Positions 17,877 to 27,042 of a stretch of 54,643 bases of DNA are shown one piece after another. This DNA is from Candidatus Moraniibacteriota bacterium. GTDB lineage: Bacteria; Patescibacteriota; Minisyncoccia; Moranbacterales; UBA2206. Where the stretch lies: the NCBI GenBank assembly GCA_026396175.1, contig JAPLXG010000004.1, forward strand, positions 1 to 54,643, in the 5' to 3' direction. The stretch's first letter is position 1, and the number at the start of each line of letters is the position of its first letter. The notes below the pieces were generated by a model. It worked only from the letters and a program-made list of their open reading frames with translations. It did no database searches and was not told the origin of the DNA. Position numbers and translations under genes: made by a program.

Positions 17877-19583
17877 ATTAGTAACATAACCGAAAATTAC
17901 AAACGGTTCTCACCACAAGGCATCCTCGCGCTCTACCGAGTCAGCAATTTTAAAGAAAAAATTCTCCTTTCTTTTTTAGTTTTACTTTTTATTTCTTCTT
18001 TGGGTTATTGGGGAATTTCTTCCTATTATTCTCACACTACCGCGCTTCCGAGTTATGGCAGTGAATACATTGAAGGTAGCGTCGGACAACCGCAACACAT
18101 CAATCCCCTCCTTGCCGCTTCTAATGACGTCGACGCCGATATTTCCAAGATTATCTACAATGGACTTTTGAAATATGACGGGAAAGGCGGACTCATTCCC
18201 GACCTCGCTGAAAGTTATGAGATTAGCGATGATAAAACCACCTATACGTTTCATTTGAAAAAAAATGTCACCTGGCACGACGGCACACCATTTTCCGCCA
18301 GAGACGTCATTTTTACTTTCAATTTAATTACCGACCCGGCCTACAAAAGCCCTTTGCGCGCCAACTGGCAGGGCGTTTCTGCTAATCTCGTTGACGACTC
18401 CACGGTCACTTTTGTCACCAGCCCCTATGCCGGATTTTTGAATAATGTTACTTTTGGCATCTTGCCCCAGCACATTTGGGACAGCGTAAAGCCAGACAAT
18501 TTTCCTCTGGCGCAACTAAACCTGGAACCAATCGGTACGGGTCCGTTTAAATATAATGCCTTTCAAAAAGATTCTAAGGGCAACATTCTTTCCTACAAAT
18601 TAGTTGCCAATCCTAACTATTTCGACGGCAAGCCTTATCTTTCTAAAATCACTTTTAATTTCTATGTCGACGAGACCTCCGCACTTGATGCCTACAACCG
18701 CAAAGAAATTATGGGAATGAGCAACATCTCTTCGCAAAAAATTACTGAAATTAAAAATCAAAAAAGTTCCCTGGAACATTCTTTTTCCATTCCAAGATAT
18801 TCCGCTGTCTTTTTCAATCAAACAAAAAGCTTGCCACTGACTGATGACAAAGTAAGAGAAGCACTGAACCTCGCGACTGATCGAGACGATCTGATTAAGG
18901 CTGTGCTCAATGGAAAAGGTACTCCCGTCTATTCGCCAATCCTGCCCGGTATGCTGGGATATTCGGCTGACTTAGGAAGAGTCAGTTATGATCCGGAAAG
19001 AGCCAAGCAGATTCTGGATGATGCTGGTTGGAAAATGTCGGATGACAACTTCCGCAAGAAGAATGATAAGACGCTAGAGGTAAGCATCGTCACGACCGAT
19101 TGGGACGAATTTTCCAAAAGCGCCGAGGTTCTCAAAGCTCAATGGAAAAAAGTGGGCGTGAAAGTCAACATTAATAGTCTTTCTGTATCTGACATCCAAC
19201 AGAACTACATCCGCCCAAGAGAATATGAAGCTTTGCTTTTCGGACAAGTGATGGGCGCTGACCCCGATCTCTATTCTTTTTGGCACTCCGCCCAAAAGAA
19301 AGATCCGGGACTAAACCTGGCACTGTTTGGTGACAGCGCAACCGACAAGCTGATTGAAGACGCCCGCGTCGAATTCGATCAAAACAAGCGCGCTGACCTC
19401 TATGCGCAATTCCAACAAAAATTAGTAGCCGAAATTCCCGCCATCTTTCTTTGCTCCCCGGAATATATCTATCCGGTAAACAAAAGCGTCCAAGGCATCA
19501 CGGCAGTGAACATTTCTTCTCCGGCTGAACGTTTTTCGAATGTTGCGAAGTGGTATATTAATACTAAGAGGGTGTGGAAATAA
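17877..19583 (+). CDS. Family 5 (peptide/nickel) ABC substrate-binding protein; start uncertain, probably non-canonical and upstream of TTG 18000
   Basis: PDLAESY, WHDG.PF, PIGTGPF; the TM segment lies in frame upstream of 18000. Confidence 0.85.
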   Translation: MSNITENYKRFSPQGILALYRVSNFKEKILLSFLVLLFISSLGYWGISSYYSHTTALPSYGSEYIEGSVGQPQHINPLLAASNDVDADISKIIYNGLLKYDGKGGLIPDLAESYEISDDKTTYTFHLKKNVTWHDGTPFSARDVIFTFNLITDPAYKSPLRANWQGVSANLVDDSTVTFVTSPYAGFLNNVTFGILPQHIWDSVKPDNFPLAQLNLEPIGTGPFKYNAFQKDSKGNILSYKLVANPNYFDGKPYLSKITFNFYVDETSALDAYNRKEIMGMSNISSQKITEIKNQKSSLEHSFSIPRYSAVFFNQTKSLPLTDDKVREALNLATDRDDLIKAVLNGKGTPVYSPILPGMLGYSADLGRVSYDPERAKQILDDAGWKMSDDNFRKKNDKTLEVSIVTTDWDEFSKSAEVLKAQWKKVGVKVNINSLSVSDIQQNYIRPREYEALLFGQVMGADPDLYSFWHSAQKKDPGLNLALFGDSATDKLIEDARVEFDQNKRADLYAQFQQKLVAEIPAIFLCSPEYIYPVNKSVQGITAVNISSPAERFSNVAKWYINTKRVWK

Positions 19584-19718
19584 TTTATCCCCCACCACTT
19601 TTTAGCTTTTGATTTCTTATTCACTTTATTTAGAATTACGCTAATCTTGTTTATAAATAATTTAATCAACATCCCTCATTTGCGCTACGGCGCGAGCTAA
19701 AAAGTAGTGGGGAATGAA
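19584..19718. repeat. Family C element (135 bp)
   Basis: Same terminal arms; begins right after the stop codon. Confidence 0.85.
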
Positions 19719-19729
19719 AAACAAATACT

Positions 19730-20338
19730 ATGCAAAACAACTTTGAATTTGTGCCCAAGCACTATGCGGCACGCGAACATGAAAAAATGGTCGACGTCCT
19801 GATGGATCCCAACGGCGTGGGTCCGGCCATTCACTACTATATGATCCGCGGCGGAATTGAGCAAAAAAATATTACCGTCTGGGAACCGGGCACGATTTCC
19901 GGGGAATATATCAAAACCTATGGCCACTACCACGTCGGACAATTAGACGAAACTTACAATATCCTCTTTGGCGAGGGCATCGCACTTTTGCAAAAATTAT
20001 CCGTTGACGAAAATGGTGAAATGATCGCCGATTCAGTTTCCGAGTTCAAAGCGATTGTCACAAAAATCGGAGAAGAAATTTATATGCCACCAAGCTATGG
20101 CCATCTCTTGGTCAACACCGGACACACCTATTTTGTCACTGCAGACACCAGCCCGGTTAATTTTGACGAAAAAAATCCAGTAAGCTTTCCCGGCCACGCT
20201 GATTACGAACCAGTCAAAAAAATGCGCGGCTTCGCCTACTATGTCGTCGAACACGATGGCAAACCAGCACTCAAAAAAAATCCGCTTTACAAAGAAATTT
20301 TGAATGAAGATTTGGGAGGATTGCCGATAATCAACTAA
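19730..20338 (+). CDS. Cupin-type (archaeal-type) glucose-6-phosphate isomerase family protein
   Basis: GEYIKTYGHYH, PPSYGHLLVNTG, GFAYYVV. Confidence 0.8.
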   Translation: MQNNFEFVPKHYAAREHEKMVDVLMDPNGVGPAIHYYMIRGGIEQKNITVWEPGTISGEYIKTYGHYHVGQLDETYNILFGEGIALLQKLSVDENGEMIADSVSEFKAIVTKIGEEIYMPPSYGHLLVNTGHTYFVTADTSPVNFDEKNPVSFPGHADYEPVKKMRGFAYYVVEHDGKPALKKNPLYKEILNEDLGGLPIIN

Positions 20339-20352
20339 TAATTCCAAAAAAT

Positions 20353-20757
20353 ATGCCTGACACCAACAGCGAAAAAATCAACGAACGTCCCTGGGGAAGA
20401 TATGACATAATGTCGATCCCCAAAAATCATCAGGTCAAGATACTCACCGTTTATCCTGGTGGCATATTGAGCCTGCAATCACACAAGCACCGCTCGGAAC
20501 ATTGGATCGTCCTACGCGGAACAGCGAAAGTTACTAATGGGGAAAGCGTGAAAATTTTCAATGAAAATGAAAGTGTTTTCATCCCCGTTGGCAATATCCA
20601 CCGCCTGGAAAATCCGGGAAAAGCACTCCTAGAAGTCATTGAGGTGCAAATTGGTGATTACTTAGGAGAAGATGACATTATTCGCTATGAAGATCACTAC
20701 AATCGCGAAACAGAAAAGTCCACACCTACCAACATACCAGAAAAAACTTTAATCTAA
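20353..20757 (+). CDS. Type II phosphomannose isomerase C-terminal cupin
   Basis: ERPWG, LSLQSHKHRSEHW, HRLENPG, EVQIGDYLGEDDIIRYED. Confidence 0.9.
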   Translation: MPDTNSEKINERPWGRYDIMSIPKNHQVKILTVYPGGILSLQSHKHRSEHWIVLRGTAKVTNGESVKIFNENESVFIPVGNIHRLENPGKALLEVIEVQIGDYLGEDDIIRYEDHYNRETEKSTPTNIPEKTLI

Positions 20758-20846
20758 CTGAACAAAAAATCCCTGCGTCTTGTTGCAGAGATAAATTGCC
20801 TAAGTCTTAAAATAATCGCTTCTAATTTATCATTAGGGCGATTTTT

Positions 20847-21671
20847 TTATTTATTGCTCAGATACTTTTGATAGGCTTTTTCGTCGTGCAGATGCACCCA
20901 ATCTTGGTCTAATTGATATCCATACAGCTCGCCTTGCTGGGACAGAGTTGGAAAGATGTCACGCTCCATTGAGATATTGGCTTTTTTGGCCAGAGCAAAA
21001 ACGCCCGGTTCGAGAAAATAGACACCGCCGCTCACCAGGGGCAACACTCTATCCTTGGTAGATGGCTTTTCACTAAAGCCCGTAATTTTTGGCCCTTTCA
21101 TCGTGACCGCTCCCAGCCCAACTGGATTATTGACTACCGCCACGCTAAGCGTCGCCAAACCGCCTTGCTTTTTGTGATAATTATACATATCCTCAATATC
21201 AATTTTGTCTAAAAGAATATCGCCATTCATCATCAGAAATGTTTCCTTGAACTGCTTTTTAACATGCACAAACATTCCGGCCGTGCCACTCTTTCCTTCT
21301 TCATAGAAACTAATTGCTACTCCCAGCTTTTCACCATTCCCGACAACTTTTTTAATTTCGCTCACCCATTCGCGCGCGGAGATGATCACTTCGCTAACGC
21401 CGAAGCGTTTCAGGGTTTCGAGATTTTTTTCGAGCAGGGTTGTCTTTCCTAGTGGCACCAAAACCTTGGCAATAGTTTTGCTACCCAACTTCACTCCCTG
21501 TCCGCCGGCCAAGATAACCGCTTTGTTGAGAATATGATGCTTGAGAACGATTGTCTCAATCGCATTAGACCGATTGCGCACCTTCTCGCCGTCGATAATA
21601 GTATCGATTTTATTCATCACATCCGAGCGGATGGTAATGGTAATTCTTTCTCGTCGCATATTTTTGAGCAT
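20847..21671 (-). CDS. Ribbon-helix-helix domain fused to an NDP-sugar pyrophosphorylase-like domain
   Basis: RERITITIRSDVMNKID...RNRSNAIE, then KAVILAGG, NGDIL, FSEKP. Confidence 0.8.
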   Translation of the reverse strand: MLKNMRRERITITIRSDVMNKIDTIIDGEKVRNRSNAIETIVLKHHILNKAVILAGGQGVKLGSKTIAKVLVPLGKTTLLEKNLETLKRFGVSEVIISAREWVSEIKKVVGNGEKLGVAISFYEEGKSGTAGMFVHVKKQFKETFLMMNGDILLDKIDIEDMYNYHKKQGGLATLSVAVVNNPVGLGAVTMKGPKITGFSEKPSTKDRVLPLVSGGVYFLEPGVFALAKKANISMERDIFPTLSQQGELYGYQLDQDWVHLHDEKAYQKYLSNK

Positions 21672-21721
21672 TAGTTAATTATTTTAGAACTTACTCGTTC
21701 ACCAAAAAAACAACTAAACTG

Positions 21722-21860
21722 TGTCATCCTGAGCGAAGCGGAGCGAAGTCGAAGGATCTACTTTCTATTATCATAAGCCCTGCTATTAATTAGAAAGCTC
21801 TGGGTTACGGTTAGCAGATCCTTCGGCTGCGTCTGAGTACAGACTTCGCTCAGGATGACA
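21722..21860. repeat. Family I REPIN-like doublet (139 bp)
   Basis: TGTCATCCTGAGCGAAG...GAAGGATCT ... AGATCCTTC...CTTCGCTCAGGATGACA. Confidence 0.8.
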
Positions 21861-21937
21861 GGTTTAATTTAAGCATGTAGGTCTTATACCCAAACAATCA
21901 CATTATATCATACAAAAACAGCCCCAATCAACAGGCT

Positions 21938-21974
21938 TGACAAAATATCAATGGTATGATAGTATCATACCATT
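21938..21974 (+). promoter_or_regulatory. Putative promoter with a perfect 12-bp inverted repeat over the -10 region
   Basis: TTGACA at 21938; AATGGTATGATA-G-TATCATACCATT at 21950-21974. Confidence 0.55.
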
Positions 21975-22045
21975 AGTTTTTTGACAAGCAGACGGCTTCA
22001 AAACCGTCGAAAATATTAACCGCAACTAATCAGAGGAGGAGCAAC

Positions 22046-22432
22046 ATGAATAGTCTGACATTTTTTATTTTTGTATTTTTGATAAGCGTGATTATGACAC
22101 TAGTTGGCAACTCGACCGGTGCAACAGCACTCTTGTTTAAACTTCCTTGGTGGGTCGCTCTCAGCTATTACATGGCCAATATACTCTTTGGAATGGCAAT
22201 TTATCTAGCAAGTTGCCGTTTCGTAAAATGGTGGAAGTGGGCGCTATTGGTGGTCATAGCTGTCGTTGAAGTTCAGGTCAGAAATGCAACTGGGGCCACG
22301 CTAGCTCTAAGCGGGCTATCTAGATGGCATGTATGGATATTTTCCTTGCCCATATATGCTATGGGAATTTTCCTAGCCATTTGGATAAGAAAACTACATG
22401 AAGAAAGGAGGTGGAGGAAAAGGAAAAAATAA
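22046..22432 (+). CDS. Small multi-TM membrane protein with an internal repeat
   Basis: GAGGAGG SD; GNSTGATALL and RNATGATLAL; hairpin at 22441-22468. Confidence 0.65.
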   Translation: MNSLTFFIFVFLISVIMTLVGNSTGATALLFKLPWWVALSYYMANILFGMAIYLASCRFVKWWKWALLVVIAVVEVQVRNATGATLALSGLSRWHVWIFSLPIYAMGIFLAIWIRKLHEERRWRKRKK

Positions 22433-22580
22433 GCCCGAAGCGCCGGAGTGAGCATATCACTTCCGGCGCTGTTTTATTTATTCTGGCCCATTTCCGCCCA
22501 ATTAGCGCCAGTTTATTCAAAAACAATCGATTTTGTGCTATTATGGCGTTATAGATAATTAACCATTAACTACAAAAAAT

Positions 22581-24020
22581 ATGAAAGTAAACCCAAATAT
22601 TTTTCGGGGCTATGACCTGCGGGGCATTGTCGACAAAGATCTTAGTCCGGAAATCGCCGAGCATCTTGGCAAGGCGCACGGAACGTATATGAAAAGGCAC
22701 GGCGTGACGAAAGCGGTGGTTGGACGTGATTGTCGATTTACCAGCGCCGAGTATGGTGAAGCTCTCATTCGCGGATTTAGTTGGGCTGGGGTGGACACAA
22801 TTGATATTGGAATGTGTTTAGTGGGGACTTTTTATTGGGCGCAGTATTATCTCAAATCACCCGGTGGCGCATTTGTCACTGCTTCGCATAATCCCTCGGA
22901 ATATAACGGCTTCAAATTCGCGATTGATTTTTCCGAAACGCTGGTCAGCGAAAGCATCCAGGAAATTCGCCGAATGGTTGAGGAGGAAGATTACGTTCAA
23001 GGCGAAGTGTCAGGAAAGATTGAAAAGCAAGATATTGGTGAGGCTTACTTTCAAGATTTAAACAAGCGATTGCCGATCACGAAAAAATTCAAAGTTGTTG
23101 TTGATCCAAGCAATTCCACTGCCGGCGCAATTGTGCCAGAATTTTTGCGAAAAATTGGTTGTGAAGTTGTAGAAAAGAATTGTAATATTGACCCATCGTT
23201 TCCATCGGGAACGCCCGATCCAACCGAAAGCCTAGTTGCGAATAGAATAAGCCAAGAAGTTCTCGAAGCAAAAGCGGATATCGGATTTTCCTATGACGCC
23301 GATGGCGATCGCATTGGCATTGTTGACGACAAGGGTGGAATCATTTGGAACGACGTGTTGGTCGCTATTTTTGCCACTGATGTTTTGCACACGCATCCGG
23401 GAGAAAAAATAATGTATAACACCCTATGTTCAAAAGTGGTGGAAGACACAATCCTGGCCAATGGTGGCGTTCCTTTTATGTGGCGAACCGGCCATTCATT
23501 TCTCAAGAAAAAAAATCAAGAAGTGAAAGCGGCATTCATTGGAGAACTTTCCGGCCACTTCTTTTTCTCGGCTGATTTCTATAACCACGACGATGGAATC
23601 TATTCCACTTTGCGCCTGCTCGCCTATCTCTCGCGAACAAATCAATCCCTTTCAGAAGTGGTTGAGAAATTGCCAAAATACATCTCTAGCCCGGAAATTA
23701 AACTGGGTTGCCCCGATGACCAGAAAGTTGCCCTAATTGAAAAAATGAGCGTAGTGCTGGAAAAAGATTATCCTGAAGCTGAAGTGATTTCTGACGAGCG
23801 CGCGGGCGATGGCGTCAGACTCAACCTGACTGATTCAATGTTTGTAGTGCGCTATTCCCAGAATGGACCATATCTCACCATCAAGTTCGAAGCACAGACC
23901 CAAGAGCGCTATGACGAACTGAAAAAATATCTCAATGAATTTCTGCATGGTTATCCAGAAGTAGACTGGACCGGAAAAACCATCACTACAGTCAATGCGG
24001 AGGCGATTGAGCTAGACTAA
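22581..24020 (+). CDS. Phosphomannomutase/phosphoglucomutase
   Basis: FRGYDLRG, TASHNP, DADGDR, GELSGH. Confidence 0.93.
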   Translation: MKVNPNIFRGYDLRGIVDKDLSPEIAEHLGKAHGTYMKRHGVTKAVVGRDCRFTSAEYGEALIRGFSWAGVDTIDIGMCLVGTFYWAQYYLKSPGGAFVTASHNPSEYNGFKFAIDFSETLVSESIQEIRRMVEEEDYVQGEVSGKIEKQDIGEAYFQDLNKRLPITKKFKVVVDPSNSTAGAIVPEFLRKIGCEVVEKNCNIDPSFPSGTPDPTESLVANRISQEVLEAKADIGFSYDADGDRIGIVDDKGGIIWNDVLVAIFATDVLHTHPGEKIMYNTLCSKVVEDTILANGGVPFMWRTGHSFLKKKNQEVKAAFIGELSGHFFFSADFYNHDDGIYSTLRLLAYLSRTNQSLSEVVEKLPKYISSPEIKLGCPDDQKVALIEKMSVVLEKDYPEAEVISDERAGDGVRLNLTDSMFVVRYSQNGPYLTIKFEAQTQERYDELKKYLNEFLHGYPEVDWTGKTITTVNAEAIELD

Positions 24021-24044
24021 CCAATAATAAATCCTTCATCACTA

Positions 24045-24069
24045 AAAAAGAGCCGCGAGGCTCTTTTTT
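24045..24069. terminator. Bidirectional intrinsic terminator
   Basis: AAAAAAGAGCC-GCGA-GGCTCTTTTTT. Confidence 0.75.
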
Positions 24070-24113
24070 GTTATACTATGACGAAAAACTTAAGTAAACG
24101 CTGGAAAAACAAT

Positions 24114-24416
24114 TGTCATTCCCGCGCAGGCGGGAATCCAGTCACGCAATTAGCTTAAAATAGAGGTCGTCCCAGTTAGGATTATTTTGTTCGATAAGAT
24201 TTATTTTCCACGCTCTGTTCCATTTTTTGAGTGCTTTTTCCCTGGCAATAGCTACTAAATCCATCAGTAATCTTGGTTTTATGTTGCTGGATTCTTTTAA
24301 TTAAATCTGAGGTTACGCCGATGTATAGTGTCCCGTTTCTGTTACTAGCTAAAATATAGAGATAGTAGCTTTTCATTAAGTCTTTACACTAGATTCCCGC
24401 CTGCGCGGGAATGACA
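24114..24416 (-). pseudogene. Family A element with a GIY-YIG gene carrying a 56-bp internal deletion (frameshift)
   Basis: MKSYYLYILASNRNGTLYIGVT; identical to the 38862 copy over shared sequence but lacking its 39001-39056. Confidence 0.85.
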
Positions 24417-24433
24417 ATAATTTTTTGGATTTT

Positions 24434-25585
24434 TTACAAAACAAACCCCACTTTCTTTTTCACCTCATCCAATTTCTTTTTCGCGAGCGGCCTGACTTTT
24501 TTTGCTCCATCTTCTAAAATCTTCAAAACTTTTTCGTCAGACAACTCCCCCATTTTCTTTTGGAATGGCTCGAGAAATTTAATAATTATTTCTGCGAGTT
24601 CAGTCTTAAAGTCAGAATATTTCTTGCCAACAAGAAGTTTTTCGACTTCTTTCGGTGTCTTATTATCTAGGAGGCTATAGATATTAATCAAGTTTTTTAG
24701 CGCTGGCTTATCATCACTATAAACTATTTCGCTACCGGAATCCGTCACCGCTTTTTTGATTTTCCTGCGCACCGTTTCGGCGTCATCATTGAGAGCAATG
24801 TAGTTATATTCCGATTTGGCCGATTTGGACATTTTCTTGGTTGGATCATCGAGGCCCATAATGTTTTCGCTTTCTGGTTTTGTGTAGGCCTCAGGGATAA
24901 TGAAAGTTTCGCCGAATTTATGATTAAATCTTTGCGCTAATGTTCTAGCTAATTCAATATGTTGTTTTTGGTCTTTGCCGACCGGCACCACTTGCGTGTC
25001 ATATAAAATAATATCCGCAGCCATCAATACTGGATAATCGAAGAGGCCAACAGCTGATTTATTGAATGGCGCAAGAATTTCCTGCTTAAATTGATCCACT
25101 ATAGATTTGTATAACAAACTAACCTGCCTCGCTCTATCCATTTTGTTATACGCAACACTATCAACTTCAGGGAAATTTTTTCTTACATAATCCTCACTCA
25201 TTACATCACCCGATTCTATGAAGGTATTAAAATCTGATTGAATGCCTGTCTTGTCTTTGAACTGTGTCATTTTTGACAAATCACTATTCCTTGCAATCGT
25301 ATTTAAAATCCAACATAATTCAGCATGTTCAGAAACGTGCGACTGAATAAAAATAGCGCATTTCTTTGGGTCAATGCCCGCTGCTAAATAAATCTTCGCG
25401 ATTTCGATTGTACGTTTGCGCAAAACTTCCGGGTCTTGCGGAACGGTGATGGCGTGCATATCCACGACACAAAAAATTGAATCATACTCCTCTTGCAACT
25501 TGACCCAATTCTGGATTGCGCCGAGATAGTTTCCGATGTGAAGGTTGCCTGATGGCTGAATGCCGGAAAAAATTCGTTTTTTCAT
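24434..25585 (-). CDS. trpS: Tryptophan--tRNA ligase with a large internal insertion
   Basis: SGIQPSGNLHIGNY, YPVLMAADI, KMSKS. Confidence 0.96.
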   Translation of the reverse strand: MKKRIFSGIQPSGNLHIGNYLGAIQNWVKLQEEYDSIFCVVDMHAITVPQDPEVLRKRTIEIAKIYLAAGIDPKKCAIFIQSHVSEHAELCWILNTIARNSDLSKMTQFKDKTGIQSDFNTFIESGDVMSEDYVRKNFPEVDSVAYNKMDRARQVSLLYKSIVDQFKQEILAPFNKSAVGLFDYPVLMAADIILYDTQVVPVGKDQKQHIELARTLAQRFNHKFGETFIIPEAYTKPESENIMGLDDPTKKMSKSAKSEYNYIALNDDAETVRRKIKKAVTDSGSEIVYSDDKPALKNLINIYSLLDNKTPKEVEKLLVGKKYSDFKTELAEIIIKFLEPFQKKMGELSDEKVLKILEDGAKKVRPLAKKKLDEVKKKVGFVL

Positions 25586-25589
25586 AATA

Positions 25590-26582
25590 TTATTTGGTAA
25601 GCTTAAAAGTTTTAATGATGCCTTGGACTTCTTTCATCCTTGCTTCAATATCACTATCTTTGGCGTATTGAGCTTGCGCCCAGACGAAAACATAGGTTCC
25701 ATTTTCGCCGAGTAATTCCGGCACTGGACCGCCTTCGCTTTTGATCGCCTCCCACTGTTTTTTGGTGTGGAAACTGATATTGAAAAGCCCATCCGGTTGA
25801 GCGGGAAGACCAAAATCAATCGAATCGCTCTGCCCATCACTGCCCCAATCCAAAGTTCTGTTTGTCGCGTTATAGTCTTGCCAAGTAGCCGGGAAAGTCA
25901 GTTCAAATCCATATTTAGCATTTTTATAGACCTGAGTGGCAGTGGCCGCGCTATCGATTGGTTTTGTCAGCAATGATTGATAGACAGAAACTCCATCAAG
26001 CTTGATGCTATTTAACATTTCTCCGTCAACTTGGCAATCAAAAATACAAGCCGGCTGGAGACTGAAAGTCACTAAGGTTTTTAGCCCCTTAGAATAGGCA
26101 GCGTAGACTCGGAAACTTTCCAAATTGGCCACACTGACTTCAGGATTTTCCTTATCCACTGTCCAGGATATTTTATTGGGCAATGCTAAATTTTTGTATT
26201 TATCTTTTACATATTTTTCGGCGCTGATTTGATCGGAGCTAGCTACATAATAAATCGAAAGAATAGGATCGATGTAACTGCCATTAACACTCTCCCCTTC
26301 TTGCATCTGCCCGATAGACACAGTCTCTCCGTTTTTTGTCACAAATAAATCATGACAGGCGGCGGAGTCCTGGCAAATCTTGGCCGGGTACTCAAAACTA
26401 AAAGCCGTCCCATTGAAGGAAAAAGTTTTCCATTCGGCTTTTTTATCTACCTGAGCTTCCGGCGCCGGCTGTTCCACTACAGGCGCTGGTGTCGGTTGTG
26501 TCTGAACCACTTGCGACTGTCCACATCCCGCCAAGAAAATTATTCCCAAAAGTACCACACTTGTTTTAAGTATTTTTTGCAT
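25590..26582 (-). CDS. Putative lipoprotein (PsbP-like segments)
   Basis: Lipobox FLAGC; WKTF..FSFEYP and YKNAKYGFELTFP. Confidence 0.7.
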   Translation of the reverse strand: MQKILKTSVVLLGIIFLAGCGQSQVVQTQPTPAPVVEQPAPEAQVDKKAEWKTFSFNGTAFSFEYPAKICQDSAACHDLFVTKNGETVSIGQMQEGESVNGSYIDPILSIYYVASSDQISAEKYVKDKYKNLALPNKISWTVDKENPEVSVANLESFRVYAAYSKGLKTLVTFSLQPACIFDCQVDGEMLNSIKLDGVSVYQSLLTKPIDSAATATQVYKNAKYGFELTFPATWQDYNATNRTLDWGSDGQSDSIDFGLPAQPDGLFNISFHTKKQWEAIKSEGGPVPELLGENGTYVFVWAQAQYAKDSDIEARMKEVQGIIKTFKLTK

Positions 26583-26624
26583 AGTTTTTTTAAATAAATT
26601 ATTTAGCAATTTTATTTTTCTTCG

Positions 26625-26903
26625 CTACTTCCAATACTCGCGGAGCCACCGCATCGGACGATTTACCGCTCTTTCTCCCTCTTTTTGAACTACCGAGGAT
26701 TCCTCGGATGTTCGTTTTTCTTCCAATTCTCTTTCTGTGTAGATATTTTTTAGATGCAAAGCAACATTATCCACACTACAATCAAAAAGTTCCGCCATTT
26801 GCTTTTGTGAAAGCCACACTGTTTCACCATCAAAACGCACATCAATCTTAGTCTCGCCCGTTTCTGTTTTGTAGATAATTATTTGTGATTGCGGTTGTTT
26901 CAT
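26625..26903 (-). pseudogene. Truncated RhuM-family (virulence/DNA-binding) N-terminal fragment
   Basis: IIIYKTETGETKIDVRFDGETVWLSQKQMAELF...HLKNIY; stops after 92 aa. Confidence 0.7.
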
Positions 26904-26956
26904 AACTCCATTTTAGCCCATTTTCCCGTTTCAAGCAATTCTCGACACAGTCAAAG

Positions 26957-26985
26957 CAAAAGTCCCGCTCAGGCGGGGCTTTTGT
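26957..26985 (-). terminator. Terminator after rnj
   Basis: CAAAAGTCCCGC-TCAG-GCGGGGCTTTTG. Confidence 0.6.
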
Positions 26986-27042
26986 TTGAATATTATTTGT
27001 ACATTCGTATATTCGTACTAAATTCGTAATTCGTAGAGAAAT

